Shown: positions 31,062-41,090, counted from the stretch's first letter. The stretch is DNA of 64,000 bases from an uncultured Actinomycetes bacterium (GCA_963725665.1 CAVRZA010000003.1:160001-224000), one strand, 5' to 3'. The notes: generated by a model from the sequence alone, not told the origin. Made by a program: numbers and translations.

Positions 31062-31797
31062 GTGACCAACGAGCAGCTCGTAGCCGAGTACGCGGCATCG
31101 CGCAGTCCCCGGGTGCTCGACGAGCTCGTGCGCCGCAACCAGCGCCTGCTGCACCACCTCCTCAAGCGATTCGCATACGCCCAGGAGCCGTACGAGGACC
31201 TGCTTCAGGTAGCCAACCTGGGGTTGCTCAAGGCGGTGCAGCGCTTCGACCCTGCCAAAGGAAGGACCTTCTCCACCTACGCGGCAGCGCTGATCGAGGG
31301 CGAGATCCGCCACCATCTGCGTGATTCGCTGCTGCTGCGCCAGCCGCGCTGGGTGCGTAAGGTCTACGGGCAGATCAGCGAGGCGCAGACCGAGCTCACG
31401 CGCACCCTGCAGCGCACGCCGACGCTCAGAGAGCTCTCGGAGAGGCTGAACATCACCGAGCAGGGCATCATCGAGGTGCTCCAGCTCTACGCGCGCGTGG
31501 GCGCGCCCGGCGAGCCTCTCTCTGGGGAGGAGTTCAGCGCCGGCGCCGAGCGCGCCGCTGTGCACTCGCTGAGACTGCAGTCCTTCACGCTCCCCGTCGA
31601 GGACCGCATCACGCTCTACGACGCCCTCGACAAGCTGAGCGCCGTCGAGCGCAAGATCATCTACCTGCTCTTCTTCCGCGAGTTCACGCAGCAGGAGGTG
31701 GCCGCCGCTCCTCGGCCTCACCCAGAAGAAGGTCTCGCGCGAGTCGATCAAGGCTCTCGCCAGACTGAGGACCGTGCTGACCCGCAAAGTCATCTAG
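31062..31797 (+). CDS. Divergent SigB/SigF-family sigma factor; frameshift near 31710
   Basis: EDLLQVANLGLLKAVQRFDP, FSTYA..IEGEIRHHLRD; region 4 continues in another frame as LLGLTQKKVSRESIKALARLR to TAG 31797. Confidence 0.85.
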
Positions 31798-31967
31798 CTG
31801 AGCAAGCATCGTCACCTCGTCGTCCCGCGGGCCTTCTGGTCGGGGCGCACCCAGCGACCTATCCTGCGTGGGGAGACGTTTTCGGTTGGCGCTCTCTCGA
31901 CCACTCCCGTCCTGTGAGAAACCGAACCCTGGCGCGGTCGCTCTCGTTACTGGCGTATCGCCGATCC

Positions 31968-31995
31968 TAAAGTCCGGTAGGCGAGAAACCGATAC
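31968..31995 (+). promoter_or_regulatory. Sigma28/WhiG-type promoter for the riboswitch-pilin transcript
   Basis: TAAAG-N15-ACCGATAC. Confidence 0.7.
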
Positions 31996-32071
31996 TAGGG
32001 ATGCACTACCTGGTACGGGCCTCGAGTGACGAAAGTGTCTAGCGTTCCGGCACTGGGGCAGACTAGGGATG

Positions 32072-32150
32072 CAGGTGACAAAGGCAAACCACTTGTGAGA
32101 GTGGGGCGCAAAGCCACAGGGCTCTGTGAGTCGGCTGGGCTGCCGCCGCA
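32072..32150 (+). ncRNA. Cyclic di-GMP-I (GEMM) riboswitch aptamer
   Basis: AAGGCAAACC, stem ccactt/gagtgg with GNRA loop GTGA, GGGGCGCAAAGCC.CAGGG, 3' GGCTGCC; G at the position-20 equivalent. Confidence 0.92.
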
Positions 32151-32167
32151 GATGTATCGCACCGTCG

Positions 32168-32210
32168 AGTCTGTGGTTTGCCAGGAGAGCGCCACAGGCT
32201 TTGTTGTTGT
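32168..32210 (+). terminator. Riboswitch-linked intrinsic terminator
   Basis: Stem agtctgtggt/gccacaggct followed by ttgttgttgt. Confidence 0.65.
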
Positions 32211-32254
32211 GGCGCCTCCCTCGAGATTGAAGCGAGAGGAGGTGACTCAATCAC

Positions 32255-32655
32255 ATGAAGCGTTTCACAAAGCAGGAGGGCTTCACCCTCATCGAGCTGC
32301 TGATCGTGATCATCATCATCGGTATCCTCGCTGCGATCGCGATCCCCATGTTCCTCAACCAGAGGGACAAGGCCAAGAACTCGGCCGTCAAGGAGGGCGT
32401 CCACTCGCTCCAGGTCGGCGTGCAGAGCTACGCCGTCGACAACAGCGACGTGTATCCCAGCGGCCTGCGTCGCGCGGCCACTGGTCGGCCCAATGGTCGA
32501 CAACTGGCCCAAGAACCCGTGGACCGGCGATGCCATGGCGGACGGCACCGCGAAGGGCAACTACACGTACACCACGACCGGCACCCCGCCGGACCACTTT
32601 CACGCTGATCGGCCATGTCTCGACCACGCCCACCGGCGACTTCACCGTTCCTTGA
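32255..32655 (+). CDS. pilA: Type IV pilin, probable major pilin; about two frameshifts in the 3' half
   Basis: GGAGGTG RBS; QEG|[22 protein letters not shown]; continues VDNWPKNPWTG.. and FTLIGH..FTVP in other frames. Confidence 0.88.
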
Positions 32656-32690
32656 TGCTCGGGCGACTCTGAGACCGGATGTCTCGCAGA

Positions 32691-32717
32691 GGGGCGGCTC
32701 CGTACGGCAGCCGCCCC
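32691..32717. terminator. Hairpin after pilin 1
   Basis: ggggcggct..agccgcccc. Confidence 0.5.
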
Positions 32718-32742
32718 CTGCTCGTCTGCTCAGTGTGCGCCC

Positions 32743-32769
32743 TCATGCAACTTCGACTCCTGCCGATAC
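32743..32769 (+). promoter_or_regulatory. Sigma28/WhiG-type promoter for pilin 2
   Basis: TCATG-N14-GCCGATAC. Confidence 0.65.
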
Positions 32770-32909
32770 TAGTGCAACGGAACGGCGGCGACTCGGGCGG
32801 ACGCGACAGAAGGGTCTTCAGATCCGCATACGCCAGGTCCGTCTACGCTCTGCGTCGCTAGGGCAGACTGACGATGAAGACGGCGCGTGCGGCAGGGGAG
32901 GTGATCATC

Positions 32910-33323
32910 GTGACAGACGACAAGCGCCAACGAGGGTTCACGCTCATCGAGCTCCTCATCGTCATCATCATCATCGGCATCCTGGCTGCGATCGCCATCC
33001 CGATGTTCATCAACCAGCGCGACAAGGCGAAGGACGCCGCGGTCAAGGGTGGCACGCACAACATCGAGCTCGGTATCGGCAGCTGGGCCGTCGACCACAA
33101 CGACGTCTATCCTCCGGTGGCCGAGTTCGCAAGACGGATCCGGGGTCGGGTCGACCCCAGGTCGACCAGTGGCCCAACAACCCCTGGACGAGTGCGCCCA
33201 TGGCGACGAACTCGACGCTGAGGGGCGACTGTGCACTACACGCCGCTGCCGGTCGGGGGACCCTACTCGCACTTCCAGCTCGTGGGCTACGGCACCAACG
33301 GCGCGATCATCACCGCCCCCTGA
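32910..33323 (+). CDS. Second type IV pilin paralog; frameshifted in the 3' half
   Basis: GGAGGTG RBS; QRG|[22 protein letters not shown]; [10 protein letters not shown] and FQLVGYG..ITAP in other frames. Confidence 0.85.
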
Positions 33324-33344
33324 CGGCATCCACCTGTTCTGACC

Positions 33345-33369
33345 GGGCGACCCGCTGCGCGGGTCGCCC
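33345..33369. terminator. Hairpin after pilin 2
   Basis: gggcgacccgc-tgc-gcgggtcgccc. Confidence 0.55.
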
Positions 33370-33419
33370 CGCGTCGCTCTCGGGGCACCCTCCCGCCCAA
33401 GCGTCGATCTCGTGATCCC

Positions 33420-33447
33420 TCAAGGCCGGCCCCTCCCTCCTCGATAA
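33420..33447 (+). promoter_or_regulatory. Sigma28/WhiG-type promoter for the GT87-like gene
   Basis: TCAAG-N15-CTCGATAA. Confidence 0.55.
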
Positions 33448-33498
33448 GGGAACCGTTGCGGGCGGGTCCTGCCCGTACCTGGGAGCGGGGATGCGAAG

Positions 33499-34809
33499 AT
33501 GAGCCAGCCAGCGGGTCTCGACCGGGTCGGCCTGATGGGCGACACCGGCCGCGAAGAACGTTCACGCACTCACCGGCAGGATCGAAACGGCGCTCGCGGT
33601 CGCGGCGAGCGGCGCCTCTGCAGGCGATCGTCTGGATGGCTCTCATCCAGGTCCTGTGGATCCGACAGCTGGGCTACGCGTTCCACAGTCTCTCCGACAC
33701 GCTCGTCTACATCGACTACGCCAGTCGATGGACCGTGCTGCATCGCTTGCCCTACATCGACTTCAAGCTCGAGTACCCGCCGCTCGCGTTGCCGCTGTTG
33801 CTGCTGCCGCCGTCGACTCGGAGTGTCGCCGCCTACGAGCGCTGGTTCAGCGTCGAGATGATCGTGCTCAGCGTGATCACGGCGCTCGTGACCGCCATGC
33901 TGGCGGCGGCCTACTGGCGCCGGACGGGGCGGGTCCTGGCCGCCGGTCTCGCCTTCGCCGCTTGCACGCTGGCCGCCGGCGCCATCATCGCCAACCGCTA
34001 CGACATCTCGGTCGCGCTTGTCGTGGCGGTGACGATGCTCCTGCTGGCGAGCCGCCGCTGGACGGCGGCCGGCGCCGTTTCGGGGCCGGCTTCGCCCTCA
34101 AGCTGACCCCGGTGGTGCTGCTTCCGCTGGCGCTGCTCGTGGCCGACCGGAAGCGTGCGCCGCACGTCGCTCTCGCCTTCGCCGTCGCGTCGGTGCTGCC
34201 GTTCGTGCCCTTCATCTTCAGCGGCCGCGACGGCCTCGTTGTACGTGTTCTCCTACCACGCCGCACGCCCGCTGCAGATCGAGAGTCTGCTCGCGACGCC
34301 CTATCTGCTCGGCCATCTCTTCGGGCGCGACGTGCCCCTCGTCGCTTCGTTCGGCTCGACCAACATCGCGGGCCGCGGGGCCGCCGCACTGGCTGCGCTG
34401 TCGCCGTGGCTCGCTCTTCTCGGCTGTGTTGCTGGTCTACGTCGTCGTCTGGCGGGTGCGCGCGAGGCTTCGCGCGCACCCGCCAGACGTGGCTTTCGCG
34501 GCGCTCGCAGTGGTCCTGGTCGCCGTCTCGCTCGGCAAGGTCCTCTCGCCGCAGTTCCTCATCTGGGTGTTGCCGCTGGTCGCGTTGGTCCTCGTGAGCG
34601 AAGAGACCGGGCGGCGCGTCGTGGGCGCGCTGTGCCTGGCAGCGGTCGCCCTGACCCAGGTCGAGTTCCCGCGCTACTACCACGCACTCGTGCGGCTCGA
34701 GGCCGCCCCCATCGTGATCGTCGCGATGAGGAACGGCCTCCTTCTGGCGGCGGCCATCCTCGCCGTGGTGATCCTGTTGAGAGGGGTCGCGGCGCGACCG
34801 GCGGGCTAG
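33499..34809 (+). CDS. GT87/DUF2029-like membrane glycosyltransferase (GT-C); several frameshifts
   Basis: SD..VY..YA, LPY.DF.LEYPPLA, RYD, KL.P, YH..R.LQIES, KVLSPQFLIW spread over four ORF pieces. Confidence 0.78.
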
Positions 34810-36365
34810 CGCCAGGCCGTGAACACCGTCAGGCGGTGGTAGTAGTCGAAGGCGACCGGCAGGCCGAGCAAGAAGGGGACGAGCGCGACGCAGACGCCGG
34901 CCACGGCCCCGCCGTAGATCCAGGTCGCGGCCGCGCGCGCCGGGGCGTAGCGGGCAAGCACGACAATGACCGTGACGGCGAGCCCGGCGCCGGCGGCCGC
35001 AGCCGCGATCGTCAACGGGAGCGAAGAGGACACGATCCGCCACGCGTGGGCGCTCGCCCAGAGCAGCGGATAGGCGAGCGCTCCGGCCGCTAGGCCCGCC
35101 AGGAACCAGCCCAGCACCGCGCGCCATGACTGGCGCTCGGCCTCCCGAGAGGTCGAGAGAGCAGCGGCGACTGAGACGGCGAGGAACGGCACGACCGGTG
35201 CCAAGTAGTAGATGTAGGTCTGGCGCGAGGTCGCCAAGCCAGGGGAGGTAGAGCGCGGCGACGACGAGAGGCAGGAGCGCGATGCGCAGATCACGCCGGC
35301 GCCACGCCCTCAGGACCAGGACGATCACACAGGGCAGTGACGCCCACCAGAGGAGCGGATTGCCGATGGCCAGCAGGCCCACGGTGCCGTGTGAGCTCTC
35401 GAACCACTTGTACCAGATCGGCGTGGCGTCGAAGATCCAGGTTTCGGGACGCGAGGCGAAGCTCAGGTCGCCGTGTACTCCCCAGCCGAAGGTCGCCATG
35501 TGGCGCTGCAAGCGTGAGCCACTGTCCGAGCGTGTGCCCGGCGATGAAGTAAGCGCCGTAGCTGAGCATGTAGACGGAGAGCGGCAGCACCGTCAGGGCG
35601 GCGACGGTCTGGAAGGAGTGGCGCCTCGGCCTCTCTGAGGGCGACAGGCGGCGCATGACGACGATGACGCAGACCGCGGCCAGGAGGGCAAGGACCCCGG
35701 ACCACTTCGTCGCCACGGCGCAGCCCAGCGCCACTCCCGTCGCCACCAGCCAACCGCGGCTCCATCCGCTGCGCGCATAGGCGAGGGCGAGACAGATCGG
35801 AGAGCGTCGACCAGAGCGCGACCAGGACGTCGAGCACGCCGAGCCGCGACTCGATGATCAACAGCGTGTCGGAGGCGGCCAGCGCCGTGGCGAGCAGGGC
35901 CCATCGCCGGCTGAGGAAGAGCAAGCGCGCCAGGGGGTAGACGAGTGCGATCAAGGCGATGCCGGCGAGCGCCGGCATGAGGCGCCAGCCGAGTGGGCGG
36001 TCGCCGGCGAGGAGCATGCCCGCGGCGATCGTCAGCTTGCCGAGCTCTGGGTGAGCGGCCGACCGTTCGCTGCCGGGCCGCCACGGCTCCTTGCCCGTCG
36101 GTCCGATGTCGCCCTGCAGGATGGCTCGTGCGTCGTGGACGTAGTAGTACTCGTCGAACACGTACGTCGCGAAGCGCGAGAGATCGGCCAGCCGGACGGC
36201 GGCCGACAGCCCCAGGATGAGGGTCAGCACGACGACACGCTCGAGGCTGATGCTGGCGGGGATGCTCGTCGAGCGCGCGGCGAGCCTCTGGCTCGCCGCG
36301 CGCGTGTCGATGGCCGATGCGCTCACGACCGGTGACGGTGTCTTTGTGCCCAAGTCATGGCTCAT
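34806..36365 (-). CDS. Dolichyl/polyprenyl-phosphate-mannose protein mannosyltransferase-like (PMT, GT39); several frameshifts
   Basis: VFDEYYY, HPELGK, GWR, SR.G.LD, KWSG, AS.P..W....PIWY, GNPLLWW, YIYY.AP..PF over four ORF pieces. Confidence 0.82.
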
Positions 36366-36473
36366 TCATCGGCGGCTTGCGGCCGATGGATGACCACATC
36401 GTCGAGACACGATCGAGACGTGCTTGACGATCGTCATTCGGGAGAGCGCCGAAACGGCTACCGGCCTGTCCTC

Positions 36474-36501
36474 TAATGTCTAGTCTCGCCGTTGCCGATA
36501 G
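36474..36501 (+). promoter_or_regulatory. Sigma28/WhiG-type promoter for the ABC-pilD unit
   Basis: TAATG-N15-GCCGATAG. Confidence 0.6.
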
Positions 36502-36526
36502 TGGCTACGATCCGTGAACGTCCGTC

Positions 36527-37280
36527 GTGGAGGGGAGGTGGCAGTACTGGTCGAGACAGCTAGGCCGCGCGAAGAGGCGACCGGAGCGCGGCGCTGCGCC
36601 TCGAGGGGCTGCGCAAGGTCGTCAAGACCGGGTTCTGGGCGCGCCGCGTCGAGATCCTGCGCGGCGTCGACCTGACCGTCGAGAGGGCGACGTGTTCGGC
36701 CTGCTGGGCCCCAACGGCGCCGGCAAGACGACCACGCTCAAGGTCGTGCTCGGCCTGATGCGGCCAGCACGGGTGGCGTCGAGCTCACCGTGCCCCGGGA
36801 GCAGATCGGCTACCTGCCGGAGAACCCCTACTTCTACGACTACCTCACCGGCGAGGAGTTCCTGCACTTCTCGGGCCGACTCTTCGAGCTGCCGGCCGGC
36901 GAGCGCGAGGCCAGGGTGCGCGCCTGCTCGGGGAGGTCGGCCTGGAGGACGCGGCCGGCGTGCAGCTGCGCAAGTACTCCAAGGGGATGCTGCAGCGCAT
37001 CGGCATCGCCCAGGCGCTGATCAACGACCCCACGCTCGTGCTTCTCGACGAGCCGATGACCGGTCTCGACCCCATCGGCCGCGTCGAGGTGAAGTCGATC
37101 ATCGAGGGGCTGCCGCGGCGCGGCAAGACGGTCCTCTTCAACTCGCACATCCTGTCCGACGTGGCCGAGCTCTGCACGCGCATCGCCATCATGAAGGCGA
37201 CGGCGGGGTCGTCTGGGAGGGCCGCGTCGAGAGGCCGTCGCGAGTCGGGTGATCTGGAGCGTTCTTCGTGCGGCAGGTGA
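36527..37280 (+). CDS. ABC ATP-binding protein (PilH/XapD-like); multiple frameshifts, start uncertain
   Basis: [58 protein letters not shown]. Confidence 0.82.
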
Positions 37281-37284
37281 GCTC

Positions 37285-38049
37285 GTGAACAAGATGCTCA
37301 CGATCGCCCTCAACACGTTCAAGGAGACGGTGCGCGACCGCATCCTGGCCGTGATCGTGCTGTTCGCCCTGGCATGATCGTCGGGAGCGTCTGGCTCGGG
37401 GCGACCTCAGCCTCGGCCAGGCGGAGCGCATGATGCGCGACTTCGGACTCGTCGCCGTGACGCTGTTCGGCCTCGTCGTGGCCGTGTTCGTGGCCGGCAG
37501 CCTGCTCCGCAAGGAGATCGACAAACGGACCGTCTTCGTGCTCTTCTCGAAGCCGGTCGGCCGCAGCGAGTTCATCGTCGGCAAGTTCCTCGGCCTCGCC
37601 CAGACCATGTTCGTGGTCGTCGCCGGGATGGGACTCTTCCTGTTCGTCACCGTCTGGCACGTGGCGTCACGTCGTCCTCGGGTCGATACTCCTTGCCGCC
37701 TTCTCGTGTTCGTGCAGCTCGTCGTGGTCGTCGCCATCACGATCTTCTTCTCGACGTTCGTCTCGGCCATCCTCGCCAGCGTGGTCGGCGTGTGCGTGTT
37801 CATCGCCGGTCAGCTGAGCCAGAACGTCCTGTCGCTGACCCGCCTCGGGCACAGCGGCTTTCTCAAGGCGGTCTCGTGGGTCGTGTTCGTCGCCGTGCCC
37901 AACCTGACGGCGGTCGACATCAAGGCCGCGGTGGCGGGCGAAGCAGTCTCGCGGCCAGCACGGTGGGGCGTGGGTCGGCTACCTGGCCGCCTACTGCGTC
38001 GTCTGTCTGGTGCTGGCCTCGTCTCGTCTTCCGGCGCAAGGAGTTCTGA
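37285..38049 (+). CDS. ABC-2 permease (PilI/XapB-like); frameshifted
   Basis: IALNTFKETVRDR, EIDKRT....SKP..R.EFI.GKFLG, C-terminal FRRKEF. Confidence 0.8.
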
Positions 38050-38052
38050 GCC

Positions 38053-38770
38053 GTGGCCTCGCGCTGGCGGCGTTGGTGATCGTCTGCGCGTCGGCGTGGT
38101 CGCCTTCCAGGCGTCGAGGCCGGCGGCGTCGGGAGCGACGCCCACGTGTTCGTGCCGTCGCCTCGCTTCTTCGACATCTCGCCGCAGCTTCCGCAGCCGG
38201 TCGCCGACGCCTACTGGCTCTAGACGATCCAGTACTACGGCGAGCACGTGAACAGCGACCGCGGCTCGACTCGCTGCGGGCCTCCTCGATTTGGTCACGA
38301 CTCTGAGCCCCCACTTCCGCCAGGCCTACTTCATCGGCTCGTTCGCGTTGCTCGACGCCGGCAGGGCCGACCTGGGTTACGAGCTGCTGAAGCGCGGCTA
38401 CGCCGCGAACCCCGGCGACTGGCGCTTCCCCTTCTACCTGGGCTTCTTCGTCTACACGTTCGGCAGGAAGGAGCTGAAGGACCAGGTCGCCGCGCAGTAC
38501 TATCAGCAGGCGGCGGCGCTGCCGGGGCATCTGCCTTCATGCCGCGGCTCGCGGCCGCCCTGCTGACGAAGTCGGGCACGACGCGAGAAGGCGATGCCAT
38601 GTGGGCGAGCGTCTACGGGCAGGGCGACCTCTACTCTCGGCAGAAGGCCGTCGCCGCGCTCGTGGGCTTCTTGCCCAAGGACAAGACGGCGCGCATGAAG
38701 GCGGTGGCCTCCGTGAAGGACCTCATGTCGCCGCTGGACTTATCATCCGAGCTCGTTCACCGACCTGGGA
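38053..38770 (+). CDS. PilG/XapA-like helical membrane-anchored protein; frameshifts and one in-frame TAG; ends approximate
   Basis: AD.YWL.TIQYYG, L.P.F..AY..G, G....P.DWR.PFYLGF. Confidence 0.6.
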
Positions 38771-38806
38771 GTCGGATCCTCGAGATCGCGGGGCAGGAGC
38801 TCGTTC

Positions 38807-39562
38807 GTGGCGATGGTGGGTGTCTTCGGTCTGCTGATAGGCAGCTTCCTGAACGCCTGCGCCTACCGCATCCCGCGCCACATCAGCATCGCCAAGGGAC
38901 GCTCCTTCTGCCCGCACTGCCACGCGCAGATCCGCGCCTACGACAACGTCCCGGTCGTGAGCTGGATCCTGCTGCGCGGCCGCTGCCGTGACTGCGGTCG
39001 GCCGATCAGCCTGCGCTATCCCCTGGTCGAGGCGCTGACCGGAGGTCTCTTCGCCCTCGTCGCCGCCGTCGACGGTTTCTCCTGGCTCCTGGTGCCGCAT
39101 CTGCTCTTCGTGGCCGCACTGATCCTCGTGGCCGAGATCGACCTCGAGGTGCGGCTCATCCCCGACGTGGTCATCCTGCCGGTGGCCGCCATCGGACTCG
39201 TGCTGATGATCGTGCTCGAGCCGGCCGAGTGGCTGCAATGGGTGGTCGCGGGGGTGGGCGCAGCGCTGTTCCTGTTGACGGCGGCGCTCGTCTACGAGAA
39301 GCTGCGCGGCATGACGGGCATGGGCATGGGCGACGTCAAGATGGCGCTGTGCATGGGGTTCTTCCTCGGCGCCGCGGTCGTCCCGGCGCTCTTCCTCGGG
39401 TTCGTGCTGGGCGCCGTGATCGGCGTGATCCTCATGGTGCGCGTCGGTGGTGACGGCAAGATGGCCATCCCCTTCGGGCCGTTCCTCGCCGCCGGCGCCA
39501 TCATCGCCCTGTTCCTCGGGCAGCCCGCGATCGACCTCTATCTCAACAGCTTCCTGCGCTGA
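38807..39562 (+). CDS. pilD: Prepilin peptidase
   Basis: IGSFLN, RSFCP.C, DNVP..SW..LRGRCR.C, RYP.VE, GMGDVK, IPFGPFL. Confidence 0.94.
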   Translation: MAMVGVFGLLIGSFLNACAYRIPRHISIAKGRSFCPHCHAQIRAYDNVPVVSWILLRGRCRDCGRPISLRYPLVEALTGGLFALVAAVDGFSWLLVPHLLFVAALILVAEIDLEVRLIPDVVILPVAAIGLVLMIVLEPAEWLQWVVAGVGAALFLLTAALVYEKLRGMTGMGMGDVKMALCMGFFLGAAVVPALFLGFVLGAVIGVILMVRVGGDGKMAIPFGPFLAAGAIIALFLGQPAIDLYLNSFLR

Positions 39563-39871
39563 AAGTCGGCACGCCGAGCGCCCGGGGTGCGCTCGTCAAC
39601 CGAGTTCGGCAAGCCGGGCTCGTCAGGCTGAGCCCTTCAGCCCAGACCCCTCAGCTGAGTCTCACGCGCTGAACCGGCCACGAGGCTTCGGCTTCTCGGG
39701 CGAGTGTCACCCGGTCCGCTGGCAAACGTCACCGGCTCGCGCGTCTCCTCCGCTGGCGGCCTCCCGTGTCGACCGCTATTCTGCGGGAGCAACTCTGCCT
39801 CTGGCAGTCCTCTCGCCCCCGACCGGGGCACAGTCTCCACGTCTGGTTCGCTGTTTCTTGGGGAGGTGTCC

Positions 39872-40453
39872 GTGCTCGCTCTGTCCTCGCTGCGCACGCC
39901 CTGGCCGTCCAGGCCGAGCAGTATGCGCTCGCGCGAGGCCAGCGGCAGCGCCGCCGGGATAGCGCGAGCGCGGGGCTTGCTTGGCGAGGCGCGCGCTGTG
40001 CGTGGTTCGTGCAGCCGGGCGGGCTTCACCGCTGTCGAGCTGATGGTCGTCCTCGCCGTGCTCGGCATCTTGGCCGCCGTGACGGTCCCTTCGGCGGCCC
40101 GCGTCCAGGCCGATGCGGCCGCCCGCGCGGCTGCGCAGCGTTTCGCGCTCGTGCTGCGCTCGGCCCAGGCGCGCGCCTGGGCCGACTGCCTGCCGGTCGA
40201 GGTGCGGCTCGACGCCGACGGCTCGTACGAGGTCGTCGAGCGCGCGCCGGCGGGTCCGCTGCTCCTCGAGCAGGGCTCCGCCGGCGCGCGCTCGACGACC
40301 AACTACCCGCTGGGCGGCGTCGAGTTCGGGCCGGCGGGCTGGCCCTGCTCTCTGGTCACGCACCTGCCGAGGGCCGGTTCGTTCGCCTTCCCCGGCGGGG
40401 CCCGGCCGCACTCCGTGACGTTGCAGATGGGTGGGCGCACGAGGTGGCAGTGA
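39872..40453 (+). CDS. Minor pilin (FimT/GspH-like)
   Basis: GGAGG RBS; AG|FTAVELMVVLAVLGILAAV. Confidence 0.78.
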   Translation: MLALSSLRTPWPSRPSSMRSREASGSAAGIARARGLLGEARAVRGSCSRAGFTAVELMVVLAVLGILAAVTVPSAARVQADAAARAAAQRFALVLRSAQARAWADCLPVEVRLDADGSYEVVERAPAGPLLLEQGSAGARSTTNYPLGGVEFGPAGWPCSLVTHLPRAGSFAFPGGARPHSVTLQMGGRTRWQ

Positions 40454-41090
40454 GCAGGCCGGTCCGAGGGCGTCGAGCGTCCGCCGCGTGCCGCCACGGC
40501 TTCACCCTCGTCGAGGTCGTGATAGCGGCGTCGTTGCTGCTTCTCACTGTGGTCTGCGCGACGCCCCTGCTCATCGGCAGCCAGCGCACTGCCGCGCGCG
40601 AGAGCCGCGCCACCGAGGCGCGAAGGCTGGCGCAGTCTACGGTCGAGCGGCTGCGGAGCCTGCCGTTCGGTCCGGGCGCAGACGGCGACGGCAGCCGAGC
40701 CCGACGGTTGCGTCGTTGCCGCTCTCTTCCCTCACGCAGATCAGGGTCGCAACGGCCCCGACGACTTTCGTCGTGCTCGCCGACGGTGGTCCGTGGCCCG
40801 CCGGGACCTTCGTGACCAGGCGCCGAGTCGGGGATCTACCTGGTCACGACCGAGAGCTCGCTTCGTCGCCGCGACGGCGGGCGGCTTCGCTGCCGTGTCC
40901 ACGACGCGACTCGCGGGGTACGACTCGTCGACCGGCGACGAGCTGCCCTCCGGCGCACTGGTCGTGACGGTGCACGTCTCGTGGATCGAGCACGGGAACG
41001 AACGAGCGGTGACTCGGCACGACACCCTTCTTGACCAGTCGCGCGCAACGACCGAAGTCGCGCTCGCCGCGTCTACCCTGATGGCATCGG
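40450..41090 (+). CDS. Minor pilin (PilV-like); frameshifted, end approximate
   Basis: HG|FTLVEVVIA, VE.LRSLPF, later VTVHVSW. Confidence 0.65.

Noticed and set aside
31850-31945. Possible stem-loop RNA between the sigma gene and the pilin promoter
   Set aside because: Only 7-bp complementarities in GC-rich DNA and no recognisable family
32072-32150. Riboswitch as a c-AMP-GMP (GEMM-Ib) variant
   Set aside because: The position-20 equivalent is G (GGCAAA), the c-di-GMP signature
38221-38223. In-frame TAG in the PilG-like gene as pyrrolysine or readthrough
   Set aside because: It falls in the error-dense region, and TAG is an ordinary stop elsewhere in the window
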